This document shows positions 27,582 through 37,400 of a DNA stretch of 64,000 bases, in pieces. The position numbers and the translations under genes are program-made. The notes under the pieces are model-generated. The model was not told where the DNA came from and made no database searches. It saw only the letters and a program-made list of their open reading frames with translations. Source of the stretch: Holophagaceae bacterium (GTDB lineage: Bacteria; Acidobacteriota; Holophagae; Holophagales; Holophagaceae); contig JBGAST010000016.1 in assembly GCA_044229575.1 (NCBI GenBank), positions 1,477 to 65,476 of the forward strand. Direction: 5' to 3'. Positions within the stretch are counted from its first letter, which is position 1, and each line of letters starts with the position of its first letter.

Positions 27582-28832
27582 ATGGCCACGGAACCCTTTC
27601 CACCAGGAGCCGCCATGACCACTGGAACCTCCGCCGCCCAGGCCCTCATCGATCTGGAATCCCGCTACGGGGCCCACAACTACCATCCCCTGGACGTGGT
27701 GGCGGAACGGGGCGAAGGCGTCTTCCTCTGGGACGTGGAGGGCAGACGCTACATGGACTTCCTGGCGGCCTACTCGGCGGTGAACCAGGGCCACAACCAT
27801 CCGCGCATCGTGCAGGCCCTGGTGGCCCAGGCCCAGCGCCTCGCCCTCACCAGCCGCGCCTTCCGCAACGACCGCTTCCCGCCCCTGCTGGAGAAGCTCT
27901 GCCGGCTCACGGGCTTCGACAAGGCCCTCCTCATGAACAGCGGCGCCGAAGCCGTGGAGACGGCGCTCAAGGCCATGCGCAAGTGGGCCTACGACGTGAA
28001 GGGCATCGAGTACCCGAAGGCGGAGATCATCGTCGCCGACGGCAACTTCCACGGCCGCACCACCACCATCGTGGGCTTCTCCACGGATCCCGACAGCACC
28101 AGCCGCTTCGGCCCCTTCACCCCCGGATTCAAGATCGTCCCCTACGGCGACCTCGCCGCCGTGGACGCCGCCATCACCTCCAACACCGCCGCCATCTTCA
28201 TGGAGCCCATCCAGGGCGAGGCCGGCGTGCTCATCCCGCCGCCGGGCTTCCTCAAGGGCCTGCGCCAGATCGCGGACCGGCACGGGATCCTGCTGGTGCT
28301 CGACGAGATCCAGTCGGGCCTGGGCCGCACCGGGAAGCTCTTCGCCTTCGAGCACGAGGGCATCCGCCCGGACGCCATCACCATCGGCAAGGCCCTGTCG
28401 GGCGGCCTCTACCCCGTGAGCGCCTTCCTGGCCGGCGACGCGGTGATGGACGTCTTCACGCCGGGCATCCACGGCTCGACCTACGGCGGGAATCCCCTGG
28501 CCTGCGCCGTGGCCACCGCCGCCCTGGACGTGCTGGTGGACGAAGGGCTCGTGGACCACGCCGCGGAGCTGGGCGTCCACCTGGAGACCCGCATGAAGGC
28601 GTTGGCGTCGCCCCGGGTGAAGGCCGTGCGGGTGCGCGGGCTGTGGGCCGGCGTGGATCTGGTGCCGGAGGCCGGCGGCGCCCGCAAGTTCTGCTACCGG
28701 CTCAAGGACCGCGGCATGCTCTGCAAGGACACCCACGTGAACACCATCCGCCTCGCCCCGCCCCTGGTCATCACGCGGGAACAGCTGGACTGGGCGGTGG
28801 ACCAGCTGGAAGCGGTGCTCGCCGAGGACTGA
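27582..28832 (+). CDS. rocD: Ornithine--oxo-acid aminotransferase
   Basis: Class-III aminotransferase with OAT-type blocks (AAYSAVNQGHNHP, LTSRAFRND, DEIQSGLGRTGK, GSTYGGNPLA). The start may be ATG 27615. Confidence 0.92.
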   Translation: MATEPFPPGAAMTTGTSAAQALIDLESRYGAHNYHPLDVVAERGEGVFLWDVEGRRYMDFLAAYSAVNQGHNHPRIVQALVAQAQRLALTSRAFRNDRFPPLLEKLCRLTGFDKALLMNSGAEAVETALKAMRKWAYDVKGIEYPKAEIIVADGNFHGRTTTIVGFSTDPDSTSRFGPFTPGFKIVPYGDLAAVDAAITSNTAAIFMEPIQGEAGVLIPPPGFLKGLRQIADRHGILLVLDEIQSGLGRTGKLFAFEHEGIRPDAITIGKALSGGLYPVSAFLAGDAVMDVFTPGIHGSTYGGNPLACAVATAALDVLVDEGLVDHAAELGVHLETRMKALASPRVKAVRVRGLWAGVDLVPEAGGARKFCYRLKDRGMLCKDTHVNTIRLAPPLVITREQLDWAVDQLEAVLAED

Positions 28833-28850
28833 CACCCGGCGGAGCTGCGG

Positions 28851-28875
28851 GAAGGGCGCCCGGCGGGCGCCCTTC
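28851..28875 (+). terminator. GC-rich hairpin downstream of rocD
   Basis: The hairpin is GAAGGGCGCC-cggc-GGGCGCCCTTC, located 19 nt after the rocD stop. The same sequence recurs at 49250. Confidence 0.6.
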
Positions 28876-28938
28876 TCCGCTTTGAGGCCCGGCGGGCCCG
28901 GCCTAGAATGATCGATTCCCGTCCCGCAGGAGCCCGAC

Positions 28939-30024
28939 ATGACCTACCGCCATCCCGACTTCAAGGCCTTGGGCCTGGATGGGGTTCCCGAATGCCGCTT
29001 CGAGCCCGCGCCCAAGGACACGACCTTGCCGGACGGCTTCATGAGCACCACCAACTTCCCCACCTACGTCCATGTCGGTGGCTCCTGGCGCATGCCCGAG
29101 ATGCCCCGCATGGATTCCCACCTCGTGTGGGACCCCGCCGCCGGGCGCCTTCTCACACGGGAGTTCCGCCTCGTGAAGCGGGGCGACCTCGTCGCCGTGG
29201 CCACCAAGGAGGATGGCACCGAAGGCGTGCTGGTGTGGGACAAGGGCTTCCAGGACGAGCCCGACGAGACCGCCGACGAAACCTTCGGCTTCATGAGCTC
29301 CGAGGTGAGCCGCGAAAAGCCCGTGAACTACGAGGCCATCTTCAAACAGTTCTTGGACAACCGGGGCGACAAGGGCCGCATCCTCTGGGTCATCGGCCCC
29401 GCCCTGGTGCACGCCCGGGGCCGGGAGGCGATGGAGTGGCTGATCCACCACGGCTTCGCCCACTGCGTGTTCACCGGCAACGCCGTGGGCGTCCACGACG
29501 TGGAGGCGGCGCTCTTCGGCAGCACCCTGGGCATGAAGAAGGACGGCACGCCGGAGGTGGGCGGCCACGCCTACCACATGCGCGCCATCAACGAGATCAA
29601 GAAGGCCGGCTCCATCAAGGCCCTGGTAGATACAGGAAGGGTGCGGGACGGCATCATGCACGCCCTCACCGTCACGGACACTCCCTACATCCTGGCGGGC
29701 TCCATCCGGGACGACGGGCCCCTTCCAGAAACCCTCACCGACGCCCTCCAGGCCCAGGGCGCCATGCGGGAGCACACCGCCCAGGCCACCATGGTGGTGA
29801 TGGTGGCCACGGCCCTGCACAGCATCGCCACCGGCAACATGCTGCCGACCTTCTGCCTCAAGCCCGACGGGCAGATCCACGAGATCACGACGATCTGCGT
29901 GGATCAGACCGAGTTCCTCGTGGGCAAGCTGAAGGACCGGGGGACGCACCAGGCCTTCGGGGTGGTGACCAACGCCCAGGATTTCATGCGGCTGATCCAG
30001 CTGGAATTGATGGCAAGGATCTGA
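28939..30024 (+). CDS. LOR/SDH-region family protein (TIGR00300-like), putative ornithine cyclodeaminase / ornithine-ammonia cyclase-type enzyme
   Basis: 361 aa resembling the conserved LOR/SDH region family as I remember it. It lies immediately downstream of rocD. The family label is from recall and is not verified. Confidence 0.6.
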   Translation: MTYRHPDFKALGLDGVPECRFEPAPKDTTLPDGFMSTTNFPTYVHVGGSWRMPEMPRMDSHLVWDPAAGRLLTREFRLVKRGDLVAVATKEDGTEGVLVWDKGFQDEPDETADETFGFMSSEVSREKPVNYEAIFKQFLDNRGDKGRILWVIGPALVHARGREAMEWLIHHGFAHCVFTGNAVGVHDVEAALFGSTLGMKKDGTPEVGGHAYHMRAINEIKKAGSIKALVDTGRVRDGIMHALTVTDTPYILAGSIRDDGPLPETLTDALQAQGAMREHTAQATMVVMVATALHSIATGNMLPTFCLKPDGQIHEITTICVDQTEFLVGKLKDRGTHQAFGVVTNAQDFMRLIQLELMARI

Positions 30025-30098
30025 GGGCAGAGACCTCACGACTTTCCTGGGGTACGGCTTAGCCCAGAAAATCGGCGTCTGCTGGGAAAAAACAGCAT

Positions 30099-30131
30099 GA
30101 AAAATCCGATGGAAAATCCATCGGGTTTTTC
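30099..30131 (+). terminator. Intrinsic terminator-like hairpin after the LOR/SDH-like gene
   Basis: The hairpin is GAAAAATCCGATGG-aaaa-TCCATCGGGTTTTTC, with A- and T-tracts on both sides that make it potentially bidirectional. Confidence 0.7.
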
Positions 30132-30258
30132 ATGGAAATTGAGGCCTGGATTGAGGTTGCGCCTTATGCGTATCCTGGGTTCGCCGCGTCCACCCAGCGC
30201 GGTTACAAGCCGCCTGAAGCACCCTGCAACTCCTTCGTCCACACGCCAGGAGGCGATC

Positions 30259-33255
30259 ATGCCGCAATCACCCATCTCGAGGCTCAAGGGTCTGCTCCGG
30301 GGAGGCCTCCTCCTCGCACTGGCGATGGCGGGAGCACCCGGCCAGGCCCAGGCACTCACCAACGGGAATTTCGAATCCCCGTACGTGGCCCCCAACATTG
30401 ACGGCTGGCTCAAGACTCGATTCCTGAACTTCGGGCTGGTGGGCGCCACCCCCTACAACGGCACCAGCATCGTGAGAAGCGCGGGGGGCACCGACAAGAC
30501 GGACGTCCTCAGCACCCTGGCCGGTTCCGAGACCCAGGTCGACGTGGACCTCGGGGCGGCCCAGTCCCTGCGCTGGCCCAAGTTCGGGACCAGCTGCGCC
30601 CTGGTGAATCCCCAATCCTCGAGCTTGTACGGGCTGGCTCGCAACGGGAACTCCATCAAGCAGACGTTCACCCTCGACGCCAGCATGCTGGATGCCCTGG
30701 ACGGCAGGCTCCACATCCGCTTCGCCTTCGCCCCGGTGCTCCAGAACCCCGGCCACGCCGTCTCCCAGCAGCCCTTCTTCTATATCGGGGTCAAGGACAT
30801 CTCGAAGGCCAGCGTGGTCCTCTACGACAACCTGAACTTCTCCAACCAGCCCGGCAGCCCCTGGAAGACCACCGGCGGCATCGTTTACACGGACTGGCAG
30901 ATCAAGGACATCGCCCTCGACCCGGCGGTGTACCTGAACGACACCATCGAGATCGAGTTCCTGGGCGCCGGCTGCTCCCTCGGCGGGCACTGGGGCAAGC
31001 TCTACGTGGACGGAATCGCCGCCCAGATCCCGGGGCTCTGGATCTCCGTATCCTCGACGCCCACCAACGTGCCGGTGGGCGGCCACATCTTCTACACCTA
31101 CACCGTGCGCAACACCGGCGCCACCACGCAGACGAACGTGGAGATCAACGCCATCGTGCCGGTCAACACCACCTTCTTCGCCCTCTCGGACGCCGGCGGA
31201 CGGCTGAGCCAAGCCGGCGGGGTCATCGCGACCACCCTGCCCTTCCCCTCCGGCCACACCATGGCGCCGGGGGACACCTACACCTTCGTCGTGGACGTCA
31301 CGGTCAACGCCGGCACGCCGGCGGGCACCGAGATCACCAGCGGGAACTACTACGCGAAGGCCGACAACTACGGCTCCCTCTACGGCTCCCCCGTCAAGAA
31401 CTACGTCAACGGCACCGGGACCGACCTCGCGGTGTCCCTGACGCCCTCCCTGGTGGGCTGCAACACCGTATACACGGCGACCATCACGAATACCGGCGCC
31501 ACCGCCAGCCAGGCCCAGGCCTCCCTGCCCCTGCCCGCCGGCACCAGCCTCGTCGCGGCCTCCACCACCCTCGGCCTCGTGACCGGTGCCAATCCCGTCG
31601 TGGCCAACCTCGGCGACATGGCCAGCGGCGCCTCGGCCACCTTCACGGTCACCGTGCGTCCCACCACGACGGCCGCCGTCTCCGGCACCGTCACCGTGTC
31701 CGGCAACTTCGTGGACACGGTCCCTGCGAACGATTCGTCCACGGCCGCCATCGCGAACCCCCTGGGCGGCCCGGCGGTGAACATCACCACCCAGCCCGTG
31801 GGCGCCACCATCATCCAGGGTTCCACCCACGCCATGAACGTGGTGGCCCAGGACGGCTGCGGCGGCTTCACCTACCAGTGGTACCTGAACGGCGTGCTCA
31901 TCCCCGCCGCCACGGCGTCCACCTACACCACTCCGGTCCTCGCCGTGGGCACCTACAACTACACGGTCCGGGTCACCGAGGGCTCCGGCTTCTACGTGTT
32001 GAGCAACGTCGCCACCGTGGTGGTCAGGGATCCCCTCGTCACCGTCGGACCGCTCACCAACGGCAGCCTGGACGTGAGCACGCCCTCCCCCGCCTCGGTC
32101 CCCACCGGCGGCACCACGAGCTTCACGTTCAACGCCGCGCCGGGCTACCACGTCGCCTCCATCTCCGGCTGCAGCGGGCCCCTCTACACGAACACCTCCA
32201 ACGCGGTGGCCAGCTATACCTACACCACCGGCGCCATCACCGGCGACTGCACCGTGTCGGCCACCTTCGCCATCAACAGCTACCAGGTGACGGGTTCCGC
32301 CGGCGCCAATGGCACCCTGGACGTGACCACGCCCTCCCCGGTCAGCGTGAATCACGGGAACACCACGAGCTTCAAGTTCAACGCCGCGCCGGGCTACCAC
32401 GTCGCCTCCATCTCCGGCTGCAGCGGGCCCCTCTACACGAACACCTCCAATGCGGTGACCAGCTATACCTACACCACCGGCGCCGCCACCGGCGACTGCA
32501 CCGTCTCGGCCACCTTCGCCATCAACGTCTACCAGGTGACGGGATCCGCCGGAGCCAACGGATCCCTCGATCCGGGCACGCCCTCCCCCGTCGCCGTTCC
32601 CCACGGAAGCACGACCAGTTTCACGTTCAACGCCAATCCCGGCTACCACATCGCCACCATCACCGGGGGCTACGGTTCCCCCTACCTGAACACCTCCAAC
32701 GCGGTGAGCACCTACACCTACACCACCGGGCCTGTGGTCTCGGATTGCACCGTCGCCGCCACCTACGCGGTGAACCTCCTGCTGAGCTTCACGCCGGCCT
32801 CCGGCCGGCCCGGAACCGTGGTCATCCTGTCGGGTTCGGACATCGCCAGCGTCATCGCCGTGTCCTTCAACGGCGTCCCCGCCACCTTCACCCAGCTCTC
32901 CCCGACCCAGGTGAGCGCCGTCGTCCCCGCGGGGGCCACCACCGGTCCCATCTCCGTCACCAACTCGGCGGGGCTGGTCCAGATGACGTCCCCCTTCACC
33001 GTTCCCCTGGCGGCGCCGCGCATCCTCTCCTTCTCGCCCAACGCCGGCGCGACGGGCACGATCGTCTTCATCAACGGCGTGAACCTTGGCGGCACGATTT
33101 CCGTCGCCTTCAACGGCACCGCGGCCACCTTCACCCAGGTCTCCGCCACCCAGCTGAAGGCCACGGTTCCCGCGGCCGCCACCACCGGGCCGATTTCCGT
33201 CACCACACCCGGCGGAACCACCTCCACGGGCACCGTGAAGTTCAAGAAGCTCTGA
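30259..33255 (+). CDS. Large secreted surface protein. It has an N-terminal lectin/CBM-like region, DUF11-type repeats, 3 InlB-B-repeat-like units and 2 IPT/TIG domains.
   Basis: ATG at 30259 is preceded by AGGAGG. The signal peptide ends GAPGQAQA. Two DUF11-like segments are present (YTVRNTGATTQTNV.., TATITNTGATASQ..). Three 83-aa repeats and two TIG-like units follow (SFTPASGRPGTVVILSG.., SFSPNAGATGTIVFING..). Confidence 0.85.
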   Translation: MPQSPISRLKGLLRGGLLLALAMAGAPGQAQALTNGNFESPYVAPNIDGWLKTRFLNFGLVGATPYNGTSIVRSAGGTDKTDVLSTLAGSETQVDVDLGAAQSLRWPKFGTSCALVNPQSSSLYGLARNGNSIKQTFTLDASMLDALDGRLHIRFAFAPVLQNPGHAVSQQPFFYIGVKDISKASVVLYDNLNFSNQPGSPWKTTGGIVYTDWQIKDIALDPAVYLNDTIEIEFLGAGCSLGGHWGKLYVDGIAAQIPGLWISVSSTPTNVPVGGHIFYTYTVRNTGATTQTNVEINAIVPVNTTFFALSDAGGRLSQAGGVIATTLPFPSGHTMAPGDTYTFVVDVTVNAGTPAGTEITSGNYYAKADNYGSLYGSPVKNYVNGTGTDLAVSLTPSLVGCNTVYTATITNTGATASQAQASLPLPAGTSLVAASTTLGLVTGANPVVANLGDMASGASATFTVTVRPTTTAAVSGTVTVSGNFVDTVPANDSSTAAIANPLGGPAVNITTQPVGATIIQGSTHAMNVVAQDGCGGFTYQWYLNGVLIPAATASTYTTPVLAVGTYNYTVRVTEGSGFYVLSNVATVVVRDPLVTVGPLTNGSLDVSTPSPASVPTGGTTSFTFNAAPGYHVASISGCSGPLYTNTSNAVASYTYTTGAITGDCTVSATFAINSYQVTGSAGANGTLDVTTPSPVSVNHGNTTSFKFNAAPGYHVASISGCSGPLYTNTSNAVTSYTYTTGAATGDCTVSATFAINVYQVTGSAGANGSLDPGTPSPVAVPHGSTTSFTFNANPGYHIATITGGYGSPYLNTSNAVSTYTYTTGPVVSDCTVAATYAVNLLLSFTPASGRPGTVVILSGSDIASVIAVSFNGVPATFTQLSPTQVSAVVPAGATTGPISVTNSAGLVQMTSPFTVPLAAPRILSFSPNAGATGTIVFINGVNLGGTISVAFNGTAATFTQVSATQLKATVPAAATTGPISVTTPGGTTSTGTVKFKKL
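32038..32784 (+). repeat. Three tandem 249-nt (83-codon) coding repeats inside the surface protein gene
   Basis: The anchor AACGCCGCGCCGGGCTACCACGTCGCCTCCATCTCCGGCTGCAGCGGGCCCCTCTACACGAACACCTCCAA recurs at 32131 and 32380. Those two copies are almost identical. A more diverged third copy lies at 32629. The period is 249 nt. Confidence 0.85.
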
Positions 33256-33271
33256 TTTCCTCCTGAACCGC

Positions 33272-33297
33272 AAAGGGCCGCTTCGCAGCGGCCCTTT
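33272..33297 (+). terminator. Intrinsic terminator after the 30259..33255 surface protein gene
   Basis: The hairpin is AAAGGGCCGC-ttcgca-GCGGCCCTTT followed by GTGTT. Confidence 0.7.
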
Positions 33298-33909
33298 GTG
33301 TTGCGGATGGACGAGGGCCCGAAGCGGGACCCGCTGCACGCGCCGGTTCGGCCCCCTCCCGACCCCGCGGAAGCCCGGGGGCGCCAATTCCGCAGCAGCC
33401 CGCCGGGGCTGGATCGGCGTGCGCCGGATGGGCCGGAGCACCTTTGTGCGGGTCCTGGAGGACCGCCGCCATCCCTCCCTTCTCCGAGACCCGGCAGGTG
33501 GAGCCCCACGGGCGACGTCCTGGCCGCGGGTCGGCCCAACCCGGAAGGCCCACGATCCGCAGGCGCTCCTGGGAGCTATCCGCCGAGGCCTCCTTCCTCC
33601 GTCCCTCCGCCGGTCGGCGCTGGACTGTTCCAACCCTTCCGGAGTCCATTTCGATACAGCATCTGGAGGACCACGGCCGCCGGTTTCCCGCGACCATCTC
33701 CAGCATCTCGACGACTCTTCATGCCGGTGGGGCTTCGGAAGGCCCTACGGAAGCGTCCAGAGGGTCTCCAGGGTTCCAGTGGGGCCGGTCGAGCACCCCC
33801 CCCCAGCACCCCATGCCGGCGACGCTGCCCCGGAGATCCAGCCCCTGGCCCGGCGCCCGGGCCGCATGGTCCCCGGGTTCGAGGGTTCCGCCAACCACCC
33901 TGGGGGGTA

Positions 33910-34371
33910 TCAGGCCGACGCGATCGGATCACCCACGCGCAATTCCCCTTCGCTCAGGATTTCGCAACGCAGGCCACCCCGGTGGATGAGCCCCGGGAGG
34001 ATGGCGGGCAGTCCCGTGGCCTCCGCCAGGCCCTTGCAGGGCTCGCAGAACCTCACTCCGCGCAACCGTACAGCGCCCACGGTGAATTCCCGGTCCACCA
34101 GGTGGTTCAGGGCGACCCCTTCGGTGACCAGGTTGCGGCGGGCGAGGCCGGGTTCGACCTGCAGGTCCAATTCCCGCTCCAAGGCCTCCGGGGCCTCCAA
34201 CTCGATGAGGGTGCATTCCCGTCCGGTACCGGGCTTCCCGGAGTAGGAGCCGGTGCCGAGCTGGTACCGGTCCCCGGCCAGGCCGAGGCCGGGCAGGGCG
34301 CGGACGGCCTCGACGGCCTGCATCGGCGCGCCCGCGGCGCCGGAGATGTGGATGGACACGAGCCGTCCCAT
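33910..34371 (-). CDS. MOSC-domain protein
   Basis: MOSC-like sequence is present (..GLAGDRY..RECTLIE..RRNLVTEG..C.PC..). I chose the start at ATG 34371, which has a GGAGG upstream. Confidence 0.8.
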   Translation of the reverse strand: MGRLVSIHISGAAGAPMQAVEAVRALPGLGLAGDRYQLGTGSYSGKPGTGRECTLIELEAPEALERELDLQVEPGLARRNLVTEGVALNHLVDREFTVGAVRLRGVRFCEPCKGLAEATGLPAILPGLIHRGGLRCEILSEGELRVGDPIASA

Positions 34372-34440
34372 GGGACCTCCTTCCGAAAGCATCCGGGAGG
34401 CGGCTTCCCCGGGCAATCGCCTTGGCGGGTCGTCCACAAG

Positions 34441-34470
34441 AAAAGGCCGCCGAGTGCTCGGCGGCCTTTT
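34441..34470 (-). terminator. Intrinsic terminator after the giant repeat lipoprotein gene
   Basis: The near-perfect palindrome AAAAGGCCGCCGAG-tg-CTCGGCGGCCTTTT lies 21 nt downstream of the stop at 34491. Confidence 0.75.
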
Positions 34471-34490
34471 CCAGCAAGGGATTTGTAGGA

Positions 34491-37400
34491 TCAGGGGGTC
34501 CGGATCTGGAACGTGGCGGTGGCCAGCGTGCCGGCCGGGTTCTGGACCGTCAGGGTGTAGGTACGGGTCGTGGCCGGCGTGGCGGGCGAGGTGACGACGA
34601 GGACGTCGCCGTTCGCCACTGTCCAGGTCGTCCCGACACCGTCGATGACCCTGCCCGTGGTGTTGCCGGTGAAGGTGAACGTCAGGGGCACCGGGGTGCT
34701 GACCGGCACCACGAAGGGGCTGGGGCCAGGGCCGGTGATCGTGGCGGTGGGCAGTTCCCAGACGATGACCGTGCGCGTGGTATCCACGGTCGCCGTGCCC
34801 TGGGTCAGCCGCAGCGTGTAGCTGTAGAGGCCGTAGGGGGGGACCACCAGGCTGACAGGTACCGCGGTACCCGTGCCCGGGCTCGTGACGCCCGGATAGA
34901 TCGTCGTCACGGTCCCGCCGTCGTCGGTCTGGAGGATGTCGGCGTTTCCGCTCGCATCCAGGTTGAACACCCAGTTCATGAAGATCGAATCCCCCACGCT
35001 GACTACGGCGGGCGAGACCGTGAAGCTGCTCGAGAAGGGCAGCGCCAGGACCGTGACCGTGGCCGTGGTGATGGCGACGGTGCCGGCGGCATTGGTGACC
35101 GCCAGGGTGTAGGTGGTGGTGACGGTGAGGGTGACGTTGTAGGAACCGCCATTCACCACGTTCCCGACGCCACTCGAGATGGTGCCGCTGCCGTTGGAGA
35201 AGGTCGGCACCAGGACGCTGGTCTGGCCGGCGTTGATGGTGGCCGGCGTGGCGACCAGGCTGGTGGCGATGGGCGCCGGGACCACGGTGACGGTCACCGT
35301 CCGGGTGGCGGTGATGGTGCCCGAAGTGACCGTGAGGGTGAACGTCGTCGTGGTCGCGAGGGCCGCGCTGCTGATGGGCACGCCCGACGTGACCGCACCC
35401 ACGCCGTTGTCGATGGAGCCGGTGGCGCCCGCGGCGAAGATCGCGAGCAGGCTCGTGGTGGACCCGGCAGTGACGACCGCGGGCGTCGCCGTGAAGCTGC
35501 TGGCCAGGGGCCCGGCCAGGACGGTGATGATGCGCTGGGCCGTGGCGATCGCCCCGGCGGCGTTAGTCACCGTCAGCTGGTACACGGTGGTGGAGATGGG
35601 GAGGACGGCGTAGGAATTACCGGTGAGCACCGTGCCCACCCCGAGGTTGATGACGCCGTTGCCGCCCGTGAAGATGGGCTGCAGGTCGGTGCTCTCGCCG
35701 GCGGTGATGGTCGTGGCGCTGGCGTTCAGGGTGGCCGTGGGCGCCGCGACCACGTCGACGGTGACGGTCTGGAGGGACGTGGTACCGGCCGCGTTGGTGA
35801 CCAGCAGGCTGTAGGTGACGGTGGTGCCGACCGCGGCTGCGGTCGGGGTGACCAGCACGGGAGTGCCCGAGGTAGGCGTGGCCGGCAGCTGGGCTCCCGT
35901 GAAGGAGTTGGCCGAGCCGGTGAGGCCGTTCACGGCGGTGCCGTTGGTGAAGAGGGCCGTCAGGTTGATGGAGTCGCCGACGGTGATGATGCGGCGGCTG
36001 GCGGTTAGGCTGATGGCGTTGGGTCCGGACACCACGGTGACGGTGGCCTGGGTGATGGCCGTGTCGCCGGCGGCGTTGGTCACCGTCAGCGTGTAGGTGG
36101 TGGTCGCGATCGGGGTGACGGGATAGCCAGCGCCTGTGATCACGATCCCGACCCCGTTGCTCACGACGCCGTTGCCGTCGGTGAAGGTGGGCGTGAGGGT
36201 CGAGGATTGGCCGGAGGTCACCAAGGCGGGAGCCGCGACCAGGCTGGTGGCGACGGGCGCCGCCACCACCACGATGGGCAGGGTGCGGGTGACCGTCTGG
36301 CCGGCAAGGTTGGTCTCGGTGAGGGTATGGGTCTGGGTGCCCACCGTTCCAGGGATGTAGGGAATGGGGGATCCGCTGGTGGGGACGATGGGGGAGGCAG
36401 GATTGCCCAAGGCATCGCCGTGGGTGATCTCATTGCCGGCGACGGCGGGGGTCGGGTTGCTGAACACCGCGGTCAGGTTGGTCACGGTGCCGACGGTCAC
36501 GGGGTTCCTGGAGGCCGTGAAGCTGGTGATGGTGACCGGCTGCACCACGATCAGGGTGCGGACCGCGGTGAGGACCTGGCCGGTGCTGTCCGTGACCCTG
36601 AGGGTGTAAGTCGTGGTGGTGCCCGGGGACACGGCATAGGCCTGGCCGCTGGTGACGGTGCCGATGACCGGGGTGATGGTGCCCACGGCATTGATGCCGC
36701 CGCCGAAGACCGGCAGCAGGTTGGCGCTTCCGCCCGCGGAGATGGTGTCGGCGGGGGCGGAGGTGGTCAGGGTCGCCGTCAAGGGAGGCACGGCATTGAC
36801 GTCCACCGCGAAGGCGGGGGCCGTGGTGCAGCTGGAGCCCGCGGCGTTCACCACGGTGCAGGTCAGGGTCAGGACGCCCACGCCCGTGGTGGTGCCAGCG
36901 GTGTAGGTGATCTGGTTCGTGCCCTGGCCGGCGGTGATGGTGCCGTTGGTGATGTTCCAGTTGTAGGTGGAGCCGACCTGGGACGGGACGGAGGCGACGT
37001 GGCCGGGGGTGCCGGCGAAGACGGCGGCCTCCCCGGTGACGGTGCAGACCGGGGGCGCCACGACCCGGATGGCCGCGGTCCCCGTGGCCGTGCCGCCGGG
37101 GCCGGTCACCACGAGGGTGTAGATGAAGGTGCCGGTGGCGACGGGGGTGACGGTGGTGGAGGTGCCGGAGGCCGGGGCCGCCGGGAGCTCGGCGCCGGAG
37201 AAGGAGCCGGCGGGGCCCGTGAGGTTGCTGGCGGTCCCGTTGATGTAGCTGGTCAGCAGCTGGCTGGTCCCGCCCAGGGTGATGACCGCAGGAACCACCG
37301 TGAAATTGGTGATGGAGGGCGGCTGCACCACGGTGATGGTCTCGGCGTCGGAGGCCGAGGTGCCCGCGCCGTTGGTGACCGTCAGGACGTAGGTGGTGGT

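Noticed and set aside
30268-33633. 1121-aa minus-strand ORF
   Set aside because: It is an antisense shadow of the repeat-rich surface protein gene. It has Gly/Arg/Asp/Val low complexity and no signal or motifs.
33860-33905. tRNA/tmRNA-like fragment (GGTCCCCGGGTTCGAGGGTTCCGCCAACCACCC)
   Set aside because: The GGTTCGA core resembles a T-loop, but the flanking bases cannot form a 5-bp T-stem or a 7-bp acceptor stem. No D or anticodon arms are evident upstream. It is at most a remnant.
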